A stretch of DNA of 64,000 nucleotides from Nitrospiraceae bacterium (GTDB lineage Bacteria; Nitrospirota; Nitrospiria; Nitrospirales; Nitrospiraceae). This document shows, in pieces, positions 19,757 to 29,553 of this stretch (within the stretch, counting starts at the first letter, position 1; the number at the start of each line of letters is the position of its first letter). The DNA lies in NCBI GenBank assembly GCA_037442105.1, contig JBBIQV010000002.1, positions 62,001 to 126,000 on the forward strand, in the 5' to 3' direction. Position numbers and translations under genes: made by a program. The notes under the pieces were generated by a model, which was given only the letters and a program-made list of their open reading frames with translations, was not told the DNA's origin and searched no databases.

Positions 19757-20938
19757 TCACTTTGCCTTCAACTCCCACTCATAGATCTTGTCCTGCGCGG
19801 CACGGGCGTCGGGGGCGTTGGGCGCCAGGATCAGGAACTGTTTCATACTCGTCACGGCCTCCTGGTAGCGATTCTGGTTGGCGAGAAGCAGCGCGCGGTT
19901 GAAGTGTCCTTCCGCCCACCAGGGCGCTGCTTCGAGGCTCTTGGCAAACAACGCAATCGCCTCGTCATAGCTCTTACGTTCCGCAGCCGTGGTGGCTTGC
20001 ACGCCGTATCGACGCGCGTCTTCCGGCAGCTCCGGCCTATTGGGTAATTTGCGCACCACTTCAGATACAGTTTTAATGACGGCCAGCGATTGCTCGCCGT
20101 CGGCGGCCCTGCGGTAGGCGCGGCCGTACTGACTGAGCGCGGCGCGCAGATTACCGCCGGCCTCTGTGTCCCGGGCTGTTTTCATCGCTTTTGCGAAGGT
20201 CTCGTTCCGCAAGCGCGTAGCGACCTGCACCACCTGCGATTGAGTGAGAAACGCCGAGACCGCCCGGTCGATCGCTTCATGCACCATCCATGCATCCGAG
20301 TCCTTGACGTTCGCCCTGGCTGTTTCTTCCATTTTCTTCAGTTCTTCGCTCTCCGCCTTTCCCGATACGGTTCCCTTCCAGAGTGTGGTCTGAATCCCCG
20401 GCTGAGTCACCAGGCATTCGAGGACCACATCGACCTGCTCATTGCCAAAGGCCACGATGTTGATGATGAGGGCTGGCAGGGCACTTGAGAAAGACGTTGT
20501 GACTGCCAGTTTCTTGACCCGGACCGACAGGGAGAGGGCTTCGCGAGTCCCTTCGCCTGATTGGCCAGGTTTTTGTCCGGACAGATCGAGCGCAGGTAGT
20601 CCGGCTACGGAGAAATGTTCTTGCAGCGCGGAGCTGACGAGCCGGTTCCGCGGTTGATCGACAGAATAGTTCCCATGGATACTCATCCATGGAATAAAGA
20701 GAGAGATCGTGAACTGGCTCATATCCTCGCCGAGAAAATTCTGGGCCTTCTTGAATTCGTCTTCCGGGATCGCATCCTCTACCTGCAGCACCACGGCCGG
20801 ATTATCCGCGACTCTTTGTTGAACCGAGGGGTAGTGTTTCTCGTACTCGATCGCATAGCGGCGCGTCTCACAACCTGTTCCCGCCATCGCCCACAATCCC
20901 AGGATGGCGACTAACGCCCAGCGGCCATAACCTTTCAT
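19757..20938 (-). CDS. Lipoprotein with C-terminal TPR repeats
   Basis: Lipobox AGTGC; TPR-like APWWAEGHFNRALL...; GGAGG SD before ATG 20938. Confidence 0.8.
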   Translation of the reverse strand: MKGYGRWALVAILGLWAMAGTGCETRRYAIEYEKHYPSVQQRVADNPAVVLQVEDAIPEDEFKKAQNFLGEDMSQFTISLFIPWMSIHGNYSVDQPRNRLVSSALQEHFSVAGLPALDLSGQKPGQSGEGTREALSLSVRVKKLAVTTSFSSALPALIINIVAFGNEQVDVVLECLVTQPGIQTTLWKGTVSGKAESEELKKMEETARANVKDSDAWMVHEAIDRAVSAFLTQSQVVQVATRLRNETFAKAMKTARDTEAGGNLRAALSQYGRAYRRAADGEQSLAVIKTVSEVVRKLPNRPELPEDARRYGVQATTAAERKSYDEAIALFAKSLEAAPWWAEGHFNRALLLANQNRYQEAVTSMKQFLILAPNAPDARAAQDKIYEWELKAK

Positions 20939-21195
20939 TTGGTCCTCCCTCATCCTCTTCCGTTATTTTGTCCGCTGTTCCCATGCGCAGATATTTCCCT
21001 GCCTGGCGCTTCCCAAGACGAGGCCAAAGTTGTTAGGGGCGAGTCATCCAAGGCTGGACCTTCTGTTTCCGCGCGACATAGTGGTCACCCTAGCAGGTTG
21101 CCCTTGTATGGCAAGCAGTTTGTGGCATCGAGCTGGTGGCTTGCATGGAGAGGGAAGATGGTTTGATGTAAGCCCGAGAGAATGCCGGTTTGAGG

Positions 21196-22398
21196 CTAAA
21201 GGCGCTTGGTGAAGTGCTCCGCATAGCCTGTCAGTTCGACATAGCCCTGGCCTTTGATTGCTTGGCCTCGCTCGGTGCCTGTGACGGCTACGGCACCCTC
21301 CCAATAGGTGACTTGTGTGCTGCGAGAGGTGCGCAGTTCCTGATCGGCCAGGAGTGGGGTGAGATTCAGCGAGAGGCCGAGCGAGGGAATTGAGACCTGC
21401 CAGCGATGGGGATAGGTGGCCTTGCTGGCGGGGCTGGTCCAGGTGTCGAGCGGGGTCAATCGGATGTCCGAGGCAGACAGGTGCTGGGTGTGGCCGTCCG
21501 GAAAAACGAGGGTGCCGCTGGAGGCGGGGTCAGACGATCCATCCGATCGACGGAGCCGGTAGACCATGAGTTCCCGGTTATCGGTGAGTTGAATGCTGAA
21601 CCAATCCCATCCAACCAGATCCGCGCTCAAGTCTGCGGAGCCGAATTCGTGGTCCATCCAACTGGTGCCGGTCACCTTGTAGGCCTGAGTACCGAGTGTC
21701 AGGGTCCCCATCGTCTTGAGGCGAGTGAACGAATAGTAGTGTGAGGCTTGTCCTGCCGCCGATCCTTTTTTGCTGATGCCCTGCTCGCCATGAATGACCA
21801 GCGGCTTGAGAGGGGCTAGCGTCAGGGACAGCGCCATCCCGTCGGCTTGCGCGTCGAGGGTTTGCCGGTCGCCCGATGGTTCGGAGGATTCGGCTCGCCA
21901 CTGGTCGAGCCAAACATGCAGGTGAGTGGTATCGGCCCCCGCCTTGCCCAATCCGCCCCGGCTTACCCGATCGCGAAAATGGAACTGTCCTTCGGAGACA
22001 TCGGTGATCGCCACATGGGCGAGGTAGAGCTGATCGACCGACCAGCGCGAGGGGCGGGTGTGGATCTGATCCGGTGGGATGCCGCGCCGGAAAAATGTGA
22101 GTTCAAACCCGAATCGACGGCCTTCTGCCGTTTCCAGATGGCCCGTGTAGTACCACCATTCGGTCCGGAACTCGTCATGCGAGCCGTGGTCTCGAGGAAA
22201 CTGATATTGATAGCCGGGAAGGGCCAGGCGGAACCGATTGTGCGAGTCGTCGGCGGATGGGCTTTGTATCGATGTCCCCAGCACAAGCGGCAGCCCGAGC
22301 GAGATGATCCACATGGCGCGATGCCTGCGCCTGAACCGGTCACTCGGCCGGCGACAACCGGTCTGAAAAGATCCGATGCGAAGCGCGCAAGGTTCCAT
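21196..22398 (-). CDS. AttH/CrtC-like lipocalin-domain protein (start uncertain, 22314-22398)
   Basis: FPRDHGSH, EWWYYTG, SHYYSFTR, WMDHEF, GWDWFS, YWEG, GYVELTGY. Confidence 0.85.
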   Translation of the reverse strand: MEPCALRIGSFQTGCRRPSDRFRRRHRAMWIISLGLPLVLGTSIQSPSADDSHNRFRLALPGYQYQFPRDHGSHDEFRTEWWYYTGHLETAEGRRFGFELTFFRRGIPPDQIHTRPSRWSVDQLYLAHVAITDVSEGQFHFRDRVSRGGLGKAGADTTHLHVWLDQWRAESSEPSGDRQTLDAQADGMALSLTLAPLKPLVIHGEQGISKKGSAAGQASHYYSFTRLKTMGTLTLGTQAYKVTGTSWMDHEFGSADLSADLVGWDWFSIQLTDNRELMVYRLRRSDGSSDPASSGTLVFPDGHTQHLSASDIRLTPLDTWTSPASKATYPHRWQVSIPSLGLSLNLTPLLADQELRTSRSTQVTYWEGAVAVTGTERGQAIKGQGYVELTGYAEHFTKRL

Positions 22399-22496
22399 CG
22401 CCGCGCTTATAACACGCAACGCAAGAGTGTGCAATTCGCTAGGACTGGCAAGGGCTTCCGGCGTTATTCGCGCCGCGCATGAGCGGACCCGTGCCG

Positions 22497-22526
22497 TTGA
22501 CAATCCAAACAGGTCTCAGTTATCGT
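22497..22526 (+). promoter_or_regulatory. sigma70-type promoter, probably leaderless transcript
   Basis: TTGACA-N18-TATCGT, with ATG 5 nt downstream. Confidence 0.55.
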
Positions 22527-22531
22527 GAGCC

Positions 22532-23221
22532 ATGCATCTCGAACCGGAGCGCGAGCAACATGGTCCTGAGTCGGAGGAGCGCGCGAGCGTCTTTCGCGTT
22601 CCTGAACGGATTCCTCTGTTTCCGCTGCCGAACATCGTCTTCTTCCCGAAAACCTATTTGCCGCTCCATATTTTCGAGCCTCGGTATCGGCACATGGTGG
22701 CGGATGCCGCCGCGGGCGGGCAGTGCATCGGGATGGCGCTGCTCCGGGAAGGATGGGAAGAGGACTATTACGGCAATCCGTCGATTTTTCCGGTCGGCTG
22801 TGTGGGCCGGTTGGTCAGTGTGCAAAAGCTGCCTGACGGTCGCTCGAACATTTTGCTCCAGGGGATCGAGCGTTACGAGGTGACCGAGGAATTCTATGGC
22901 AAGAGTTACCGAGAAGCGACGATTGTCTTGAAGTCGCGTGCTCCTGAAGCGGCCCTCGACCCTATGCTCCGGACCTATCTGATCGAAGTCCTCGAAGAGT
23001 ATCTGCGCATGCGTGAGGAGGCGCCATCCTGGGAAGGCGTCTTTCGCGGAAGCGTGAGCGACGAAGTGCTCGTCCATACCGTATCGACCTACCTCGACTG
23101 CACCCCGATCGAAAAGCAATTCCTCCTTGAGGCGGACAGTTTGCATCAGCAGGCCTGTCGGCTCAGCGATCTGCTCCAGTTCAAGATGCATGAGCGCCAC
23201 GGGGCGAAGGGCTGGGGCTGA
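22532..23221 (+). CDS. Lon peptidase N-terminal substrate-binding domain protein
   Basis: IPLFPL...LPLHIFEPRYRHMV, LPDGRSNI. Confidence 0.9.
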   Translation: MHLEPEREQHGPESEERASVFRVPERIPLFPLPNIVFFPKTYLPLHIFEPRYRHMVADAAAGGQCIGMALLREGWEEDYYGNPSIFPVGCVGRLVSVQKLPDGRSNILLQGIERYEVTEEFYGKSYREATIVLKSRAPEAALDPMLRTYLIEVLEEYLRMREEAPSWEGVFRGSVSDEVLVHTVSTYLDCTPIEKQFLLEADSLHQQACRLSDLLQFKMHERHGAKGWG

Positions 23222-24216
23222 TGGACCGGGCGGCCGCCATCGAGGTATCCCGACTGGGCAAGGCCTATGATGGCGTGACGGCCATCGAGGATATCTCCTT
23301 TCAGGTCCGTCCGGGCGAGATTTTCGGGCTGCTGGGGCCCAACGGGGCGGGCAAGAGCACGACCCTCCGCATTCTCATCACCTTGCTGCACCCGACCTCC
23401 GGCACCGCCACCGTGTTGGGCTACGACACCGTGCGTGATGCCGACCGGGTCCGTCAACTGATCGGGTACGTCCCCCAAGAGCGGGCGATCGATCGCTTTC
23501 TGACCGGGCGCGAACACTTGGAGTTGCTGGCGAATCTCTATCACCTTTCCAAGGCAAATGCGCAGCGGCGGATTCCTGAGCTGCTGAAGTTGGTGAACCT
23601 GGAACAGCACGCCGACCGGCTGGCCAAGACTTATTCCGGCGGGATGAAACGCAAGCTGGATATCGCCTGCGGGCTCCTACCGGATCCCAAAATCGTGTTC
23701 CTGGACGAGCCGACCTTGGGGTTGGATGTGCAGAGTCGTCTTCGAATTTGGGAGCACGTGTGTGACCTGCGGACTCGCGGTATGACAGTGGTGATGACCA
23801 CCAATTATCTGGACGAGGCGGACCAGCTCTGCGACCGGATCGCGATCATCGACGGTGGCCGGATCAAGGCGTTGGGATCGCCGACCGAATTAAAGGTGGG
23901 ACTGGGCGGCGACATCGTTTCGCTGACGATCAAGGAAACCGGCCGCATCGAATCGCTCGCGACGGCGATCAAAGGACAGCCTGCGATCCGGGCGGTCAGC
24001 ACGACGGTGACGGGCCTCGATATCCGCGTGGAGTCGCCGGAGAAGGCGTTGCCCGCGATCCTCGACGCGGCGAATCGCCTCACCTGTCGGCTGGAGTTCA
24101 TCGACTATCACCGGCCTCGACTGGATGACGTGTTTGTGGCCTATACGGGACATGCGATCCGGGAAGAGTTTCCAAATTCTGAGAGTGGTGAGTGGAGAGT
24201 GGAAAATGGAGATTGA
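23221..24216 (+). CDS. ABC-2 (DrrA-type) transporter ATP-binding protein
   Basis: GPNGAGKST, YSGGM, FLDEPT. Confidence 0.92.
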   Translation: MDRAAAIEVSRLGKAYDGVTAIEDISFQVRPGEIFGLLGPNGAGKSTTLRILITLLHPTSGTATVLGYDTVRDADRVRQLIGYVPQERAIDRFLTGREHLELLANLYHLSKANAQRRIPELLKLVNLEQHADRLAKTYSGGMKRKLDIACGLLPDPKIVFLDEPTLGLDVQSRLRIWEHVCDLRTRGMTVVMTTNYLDEADQLCDRIAIIDGGRIKALGSPTELKVGLGGDIVSLTIKETGRIESLATAIKGQPAIRAVSTTVTGLDIRVESPEKALPAILDAANRLTCRLEFIDYHRPRLDDVFVAYTGHAIREEFPNSESGEWRVENGD

Positions 24217-24256
24217 GCGAAATTCGCAACTCTCAACTCTCGATTCTCACCTCTCG
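24180..24256. repeat. Heptamer-unit hairpin, family E (GAGAGTG-like)
   Basis: gagagtg gtgagtg gagagtg gaaaatg gagattg ... caactct caactct cgattct cacctct. Confidence 0.8.
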
Positions 24257-24266
24257 GCTGTTGAAT

Positions 24267-25046
24267 ATGACTGACTTTTTTCAAGAAATCCGCGCTCTGA
24301 CCATGCGGTGGGTCCGGCGGTTGAGCCGGGAAAAATTCAGCATGCTTTTCACGCTCGTCCAACCCATGCTGTTCTGGCTCATCTTCTTCGGCAACCTCTT
24401 CCAGCGCGCGGCCGATACGCAGGTCGTGCAGGCGCCGAACTATATCAGCTTTCTCGTGGCTGGCGTGGTCGTGATGACGGTGCTGAACAATGGATTGGCC
24501 GGCGGCGTCGATCTCCTTTTCGATAAAGAGAACGGGTTTCTCGAACGGCTGATGTCGACTCCGATCCACCGGTCCTCCGTGATTCTCAGCCGCTTCATTT
24601 TTGTGATGACGATCACGTCACTGCAAGTCCTGGTCATTCTCGGGGTGGCGTTTCTGTTCGGCGTGCAACCGGCGACCGGCGTGCTCGGCGTGGCCACGAT
24701 CCTCCTGATCGGCATACTGTTCGGTGTCGGCTTGACGGCGATTTCCATGGCGATGGCGTTTTCGGTAAAGAGCCACGGCGATTTCTTCTCCGTGCTGGGG
24801 TTTCTCTCGCTGCCGATGATTTTCTTGAGCTCGGCCCTGGTACCGCTGTCGGCAATGCCGGCTTGGATGGGCGTGTTGGCGCGGTTCAATCCCATGACAT
24901 GGGCGATCGACGCGGTGCGGCCGCTGATCCTTTCCGGCTGGGCCGAGGCGTTTCCACAAGTGATGATGGTGCTCGCTGTCATGCTGATCTTCGACGCGCT
25001 CTGTCTCTATGGCGGGGCCCGTGCCTTCCATCGGGCGATCGGCTGA
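24267..25046 (+). CDS. ABC-2 type transporter permease
   Basis: About six TM helices; GFLERLMSTP, FLSSALVP, NPMTWAIDAVR. Confidence 0.9.
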   Translation: MTDFFQEIRALTMRWVRRLSREKFSMLFTLVQPMLFWLIFFGNLFQRAADTQVVQAPNYISFLVAGVVVMTVLNNGLAGGVDLLFDKENGFLERLMSTPIHRSSVILSRFIFVMTITSLQVLVILGVAFLFGVQPATGVLGVATILLIGILFGVGLTAISMAMAFSVKSHGDFFSVLGFLSLPMIFLSSALVPLSAMPAWMGVLARFNPMTWAIDAVRPLILSGWAEAFPQVMMVLAVMLIFDALCLYGGARAFHRAIG

Positions 25047-25081
25047 GCGACAGGCGCGGTGGTGAAAGGGAGTGCGGAACG

Positions 25082-25942
25082 ATGGTGGTGGGCGAGAGTC
25101 AGATCCGCGCGCTCATCCGCTTGCTGGCGGATGAGGATGAACGCATCGTCAAAACCATCAGCGACAAGCTGATCGAGTTCGGCAACTCCGCGGTGCCGTT
25201 GCTTCAGGAAGCGGAAATCGAACAGCCGGAGATGGCGGACCGGATCGTCGGCATTCTGGAGGAAATTCGGGGCGGGCGCTTGGAGGAAGAGCTGCGGCAT
25301 CTTGTGGCTCGGCCGGAGGAGGAGATTGATCTTGAAGCCGGGGCGTTCCTGATCGCCCGCTATGCCTATCCCGCCCTCGACGTGTCCTACTACGGTCGGC
25401 AACTGGAAGAGATGGCCAGAGAAGTCCGCGAACGGATCGGTTCGCGCGTGTCCGGCGAGGAGACGGTGAAGGCTCTGAACCGCTACTTGTTCACCGAGCA
25501 AGGGTTCAGAGGGAACACCAAGAATTATTACGAAGTCGAAAACAGTTACCTGAATCGTGTGATCGATCGGCGGACGGGGATTCCGATCAGTCTGTCGGCT
25601 GTCTATCTGCTGATCGGCCAACGGCTGGGATTGCCCGTATACGGCATCGGCATGCCCGGTCATTTTCTGGTGAAGTACGATTCGGAGCGGTACAAGATTT
25701 TCGTCGATTGCTTCAACGGCGGGGCATTGCTCACGGAGAAGAACTGCGTCCGCTTTCTGACGGAAGCAGGTTACGGGTTTGAGGACAAGTATCTCCAGCG
25801 AAGTTTCCCGCGAGCGATTCTATCGCGGATGCTGAAGAATCTGCTTGCGATCTACAGCAAGCTCGATGAGCCGCAGAAGAAGATGCGGCTGACGCGGTTC
25901 ATGGACATTCTGGGCTGCGAAGTCAAAGAAGGCGGACTGTAA
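25082..25942 (+). CDS. SirB1/transglutaminase-like (Transglut_core2) protein
   Basis: GFRGNTKNYYEVENSYLNRVIDRRTGIPISL, GMPGHF, RMLKNL. Confidence 0.85.
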   Translation: MVVGESQIRALIRLLADEDERIVKTISDKLIEFGNSAVPLLQEAEIEQPEMADRIVGILEEIRGGRLEEELRHLVARPEEEIDLEAGAFLIARYAYPALDVSYYGRQLEEMAREVRERIGSRVSGEETVKALNRYLFTEQGFRGNTKNYYEVENSYLNRVIDRRTGIPISLSAVYLLIGQRLGLPVYGIGMPGHFLVKYDSERYKIFVDCFNGGALLTEKNCVRFLTEAGYGFEDKYLQRSFPRAILSRMLKNLLAIYSKLDEPQKKMRLTRFMDILGCEVKEGGL

Positions 25943-25952
25943 TCTTCTTGCG

Positions 25953-26705
25953 TTACAGCTTGAACGTCAGCAAGTCCCTCCCTCGCAGGATCTTCCCTCG
26001 AAACGCTTGGCCGGCCTGACGCCGTACGTCGAACCGTTCGGTGATCGGATAGAAGTGCGACAGCACCAGCCGATGGACGCCCGCCTCGCTCGCAACCCTG
26101 CCACAATCTCCGGCATGCATGTGGCCTGGCCCGGGCCGGTTGGCGGGGAAGGAACAGTCGAGGATGGCTAGGTCAACGTCTCCGCATAGCCGAACGAGGT
26201 TCTCGCAGTACATGGAATCGCCTGAGTATGCCAAGGCGTGCCCTCCATACTCGATCCGGTAGCCGACGCAGTGGAGGCGGGGCGAGTGTGCGACCGAGCG
26301 AGGGACGATGCGGGTCTGTCCGATCCAAAAACTCCGATCAGCTACCTCCTTGAAGGTGATGCGAAAGGCGGCCGTCTTGAAACCGGGAAACGTCGAGATG
26401 ATGGTCCGAAATAATCGTTGTGTGCCCTGAGGTCCGATGAGGGTAAGGTCGGGACGGAGGGCGATGAATCGCGAATGGTAGACGGCGTCGAAGAAGAAGG
26501 TGATGAAGTCCGAGAAGTGGTCCGCATGAAAGTGTGAAAACAAAATATGGGTGATACGATGCCGGTCCACGCCGGTCTTGATCAGGTTGAACAGGGTGCG
26601 CGGGCCGAAATCCAGTAGGAAGGTCTGATCCGTCCGGACGAGATAGCCGGCGGCGGCGCGCGAGGGATGGACGTTGGTGCCGGACCCGAGGATCGTTAGG
26701 CGCAT
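25953..26705 (-). CDS. MBL-fold metallo-hydrolase (RNase Z/BN-like)
   Basis: MRLTILGSG, SHFHADH, YSGDS, LSHFY. Confidence 0.88.
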   Translation of the reverse strand: MRLTILGSGTNVHPSRAAAGYLVRTDQTFLLDFGPRTLFNLIKTGVDRHRITHILFSHFHADHFSDFITFFFDAVYHSRFIALRPDLTLIGPQGTQRLFRTIISTFPGFKTAAFRITFKEVADRSFWIGQTRIVPRSVAHSPRLHCVGYRIEYGGHALAYSGDSMYCENLVRLCGDVDLAILDCSFPANRPGPGHMHAGDCGRVASEAGVHRLVLSHFYPITERFDVRRQAGQAFRGKILRGRDLLTFKL

Positions 26706-26709
26706 GGGC

Positions 26710-27180
26710 TCAGATAGGTCCAGCCTCAACCTGAACCTTCTGGAAACTGTCTCGAAGGCGATGGAGCAGTACACACAACCGATCGGCTTCTTTCTTGGTC
26801 AGCGCCCGCTCGAAATAGGGACGGATGAAGGCGATGTGGTCGGCAAACGTTTTTCGAAAGAGGGCGTCTCCCTTCTCGGTCAGGCGGATCTTCGTGGCAC
26901 GCCGATCACCCGCTACGGGCTCGCGACGGATCAGTCCCTTGGCGACAAGACGATCCAAGACGCCTGTCAGCGTGCCCTTGGTCACCAGGGTGGCGGCAGA
27001 GAGCTCGGCGCAGGTCAGACCGTCCGTATCACCCAGCGTTGCGATGACATCGAACTGCGACGGGGTCAGCCGCAGGGACCTGATGTGGCGGCTGTCCTTC
27101 CGCCAGAAGGCCAGATACGCCTCCACCAAGGGGCGCAGCACTTTCAGGTAGGGATCGTCTTTGAGATCAGGCAAGTCCAC
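26710..27180 (-). CDS. MarR family transcriptional regulator
   Basis: LTPSQFDVI...TLTGVLDRLVAKGLIRR...DRR...LTEKG. Confidence 0.9.
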   Translation of the reverse strand: MDLPDLKDDPYLKVLRPLVEAYLAFWRKDSRHIRSLRLTPSQFDVIATLGDTDGLTCAELSAATLVTKGTLTGVLDRLVAKGLIRREPVAGDRRATKIRLTEKGDALFRKTFADHIAFIRPYFERALTKKEADRLCVLLHRLRDSFQKVQVEAGPI

Positions 27181-27189
27181 AGGCGGGGG

Positions 27190-27218
27190 AGCCTAGTCTT
27201 GGCGGCCGTCACTGTCAA
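27190..27218 (-). promoter_or_regulatory. sigma70-type promoter for the MarR gene
   Basis: Minus strand TTGACA-N17-TAGGCT, 9 nt before the GTG start. Confidence 0.55.
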
Positions 27219-27276
27219 GGCCCGATTACAGCCCCGCCGCTAACCGCACTTGTGTTTCGTACGGTCAAGAGCTGCG

Positions 27277-27306
27277 TTGACGTGATCGACGCCGGCCCCC
27301 TATCAT
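27277..27306 (+). promoter_or_regulatory. sigma70-type promoter for the HEAT-repeat gene
   Basis: TTGACG-N18-TATCAT; the -10 box overlaps ATG 27305, implying a start at 27317. Confidence 0.5.
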
Positions 27307-27316
27307 GCCGACCACA

Positions 27317-27949
27317 ATGACTCGTGGCTCGCAGAAAGGCCAAGCGAATCTGACGGCGATCCTGCTGGCGGTCGGCGTGATCGTGGCAGGGGTGTGGATC
27401 TGGAAGCGCCTCCCTGCGGACACGCAGGACGTGATCATTGACCGGGCGATTCCGATGGCTCTCGCGGGGCTGGTTGTCGTAGCCGGTGTGGGGATCGTGC
27501 TCCGGCGGATTTTCCGTCGCCGGTGGCGGCGTCAGGAACGGGAGCGGCTCATTCGGGCCTTCGAGCGCGCGCCGACTCCTGAAAAACGGCTGGAGTTAGC
27601 CTTCGCCATGATCGAAGTGAACGAGTATCAGCGGGAGGGTCTCGATGCGATCGCGCCCGTTCTGCAGGACCTCTTCGCGACAACCCTTGCCCGCGCGCTC
27701 GGCGACAAACAACATCGGGTTCGTGGCATGGCCGCCAGCCACCTCGGCGTGTTGCAAGACAAGGCCTCGATCCCTCTCTTGTTGAAGGCGCTGGAAGATG
27801 AGCATGCGTATGTCCGGTCCTGCGCCGCGTTAGGGCTGGGCCGAATGCGGGCGGTTGAGGCGAAAGAGAAACTCGCGGAGGTGATGAAGGAGGATTGGGA
27901 TCAGACGGTGAGGAGTCGAGCCAAGGAAGCGCTGGAACGGATGGTCTGA
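27317..27949 (+). CDS. Membrane-anchored HEAT-repeat protein
   Basis: Two TM helices followed by PBS-lyase HEAT repeats (ALEDEHAYVRSCAALGLG). Confidence 0.82.
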   Translation: MTRGSQKGQANLTAILLAVGVIVAGVWIWKRLPADTQDVIIDRAIPMALAGLVVVAGVGIVLRRIFRRRWRRQERERLIRAFERAPTPEKRLELAFAMIEVNEYQREGLDAIAPVLQDLFATTLARALGDKQHRVRGMAASHLGVLQDKASIPLLLKALEDEHAYVRSCAALGLGRMRAVEAKEKLAEVMKEDWDQTVRSRAKEALERMV

Positions 27950-27963
27950 CAGAAAGACAGGTT

Positions 27964-28797
27964 TTAGGCTGTCCAATCAATCACTAGAATCTCAGGCGGG
28001 CATTTCCACCGGATCGGCAATGCCGACCATCCCACCCCTCGGTTGACGTAAAGGCGATGCGGCCCCCGGTGATAGAGTCCGTTCAGCCGCCCGTTGCATC
28101 CGGGAGGGAGCCAGAAGGAGGGGATGCCAGGGATCCTGCACTGCCCCCCGTGGCTGTGACCGCAGAGAATCAGATCGGCATGGTGCCGGTCGGTGAGCTG
28201 GTCCAGGATGTTGGGCGAGTGGGCGAGCAGCAGTGTGAATCGGCCGTCTGCGGATGCTGGAAGGCAGCACAGGTCGGCTCGATGCAGCGAGGGGTCATCT
28301 ACACCGATGATCGCGAGCTCGCCGTTGGGCACCGGAATGAATGTGGCCTGATTGAGCAGCAACACGATTTTATGGCAGTCGGCCAGGGCGGCGAAGTCGT
28401 CGATGGGAACGCCGCTATAATGATCGTGGTTGCCCAAAATCATGTACACCGGCGCCAGCTCGCGCAGGGCGGCGAGAAAGCGATAGAGGTGCGGGAGGCC
28501 GTCCGGGACGTTCAGCAAGTCGCCCGTGACGAAAATCCAGTCCGGACGCAGGCCGGCAATGGCGGTCACGAGCGAGTCGTGGCGGGGTTGATACCGATCA
28601 AGATGCAGGTCGGTGATCTGTATGCCACGGCGGCCAGCCAACGGGTTATGAGCGCAGGTGATGCGGGAGACTTCGACAGCATCCAGCCCGACCTCCAACC
28701 GGGGGATCACGTTAAACATGTGATGCAGGGGCCGGCTGAGCCAGTGGCCGGCAACGATCCGCGCGCGTTCTTGCCAGTGCAGGAGTCGCGCAATCAT
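27964..28797 (-). CDS. Calcineurin-like metallophosphoesterase (YkuE-like)
   Basis: TDLH, TGDL, GNHD, AHSP, GHSHGGQ, NRGVG. Confidence 0.9.
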   Translation of the reverse strand: MIARLLHWQERARIVAGHWLSRPLHHMFNVIPRLEVGLDAVEVSRITCAHNPLAGRRGIQITDLHLDRYQPRHDSLVTAIAGLRPDWIFVTGDLLNVPDGLPHLYRFLAALRELAPVYMILGNHDHYSGVPIDDFAALADCHKIVLLLNQATFIPVPNGELAIIGVDDPSLHRADLCCLPASADGRFTLLLAHSPNILDQLTDRHHADLILCGHSHGGQCRIPGIPSFWLPPGCNGRLNGLYHRGPHRLYVNRGVGWSALPIRWKCPPEILVIDWTA

Positions 28798-29453
28798 TCC
28801 ATCATCCGATGCAGTTCGGCCTGATCCATACTCGTGAAGCGGTAGCCTTGGTCGTAGAGGCGGCCCATACTGGCCATCAACCGGTCAAGTCCCACGGTCT
28901 GACGGAGGCTGTCGAATGTATCGGTGAGGGCTGCCAGGTGGATTGCAGGCGAGAGGGAAAGGTCGGACGCCAAGTCGAGTGATTGCAGCACATCGTGGAG
29001 CTCGGCCGCGTTATATTGCCCGTCGTCATTCCCGTCGCTCACGAGCGCGAACTCGTAGAACGTCAAACTCACCGAGAGAACGGACTGGGACCGGCTGAAC
29101 GCTTCGCGGACGTCTTCAAGGCCTCTAGGGTACAACCTATCGCAGTCCGACTCGGAGGTAACAGACTGTGTCCAAGCCACTCCTTCCGCCTGGGGACGAG
29201 GCGGTTTCCGGCGCTGGCGTTGATAAAACCATTCCGTGCAGCGGCTGGCTTCCGCAAATGCCTGCTTATCGGTAACGACTTGTTTTCGGATATGTTGGGT
29301 GAACAGACTGAACAGGTCCTGGGCGGTGGCGGATTGAGCCGGCGCCGGTAATAGAATCAGATTAGCGCAGACCATGAGGATGAGAGACGATACAATGTTA
29401 CAAACGGCATGCGGACGAACTGAGTCCGACCTCGGCTGAGAATGGAGAATCAA
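28794..29453 (-). CDS. Exported hypothetical protein with an EF-hand-like loop
   Basis: Hydrophobic N-terminus; DGNDDGQYNAAE 12-residue loop; 4-nt overlap with the downstream gene. Confidence 0.65.
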   Translation of the reverse strand: MILHSQPRSDSVRPHAVCNIVSSLILMVCANLILLPAPAQSATAQDLFSLFTQHIRKQVVTDKQAFAEASRCTEWFYQRQRRKPPRPQAEGVAWTQSVTSESDCDRLYPRGLEDVREAFSRSQSVLSVSLTFYEFALVSDGNDDGQYNAAELHDVLQSLDLASDLSLSPAIHLAALTDTFDSLRQTVGLDRLMASMGRLYDQGYRFTSMDQAELHRMME

Positions 29454-29553
29454 GGATGAAGTGCCTCCTAGAAGTTGTCAGGAAAAGTATAACATGGGAG
29501 TGGGCTGAACCAAGGGGTGTGAGGCTCGAATCGTGCGCGCCTTACAGCACAAG

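Noticed and set aside
21109..21137. sigma54-like TGGCA motifs in the 20955-21195 intergenic region
   Set aside because: The -12 GC is missing and the orientation does not fit the downstream minus-strand gene.
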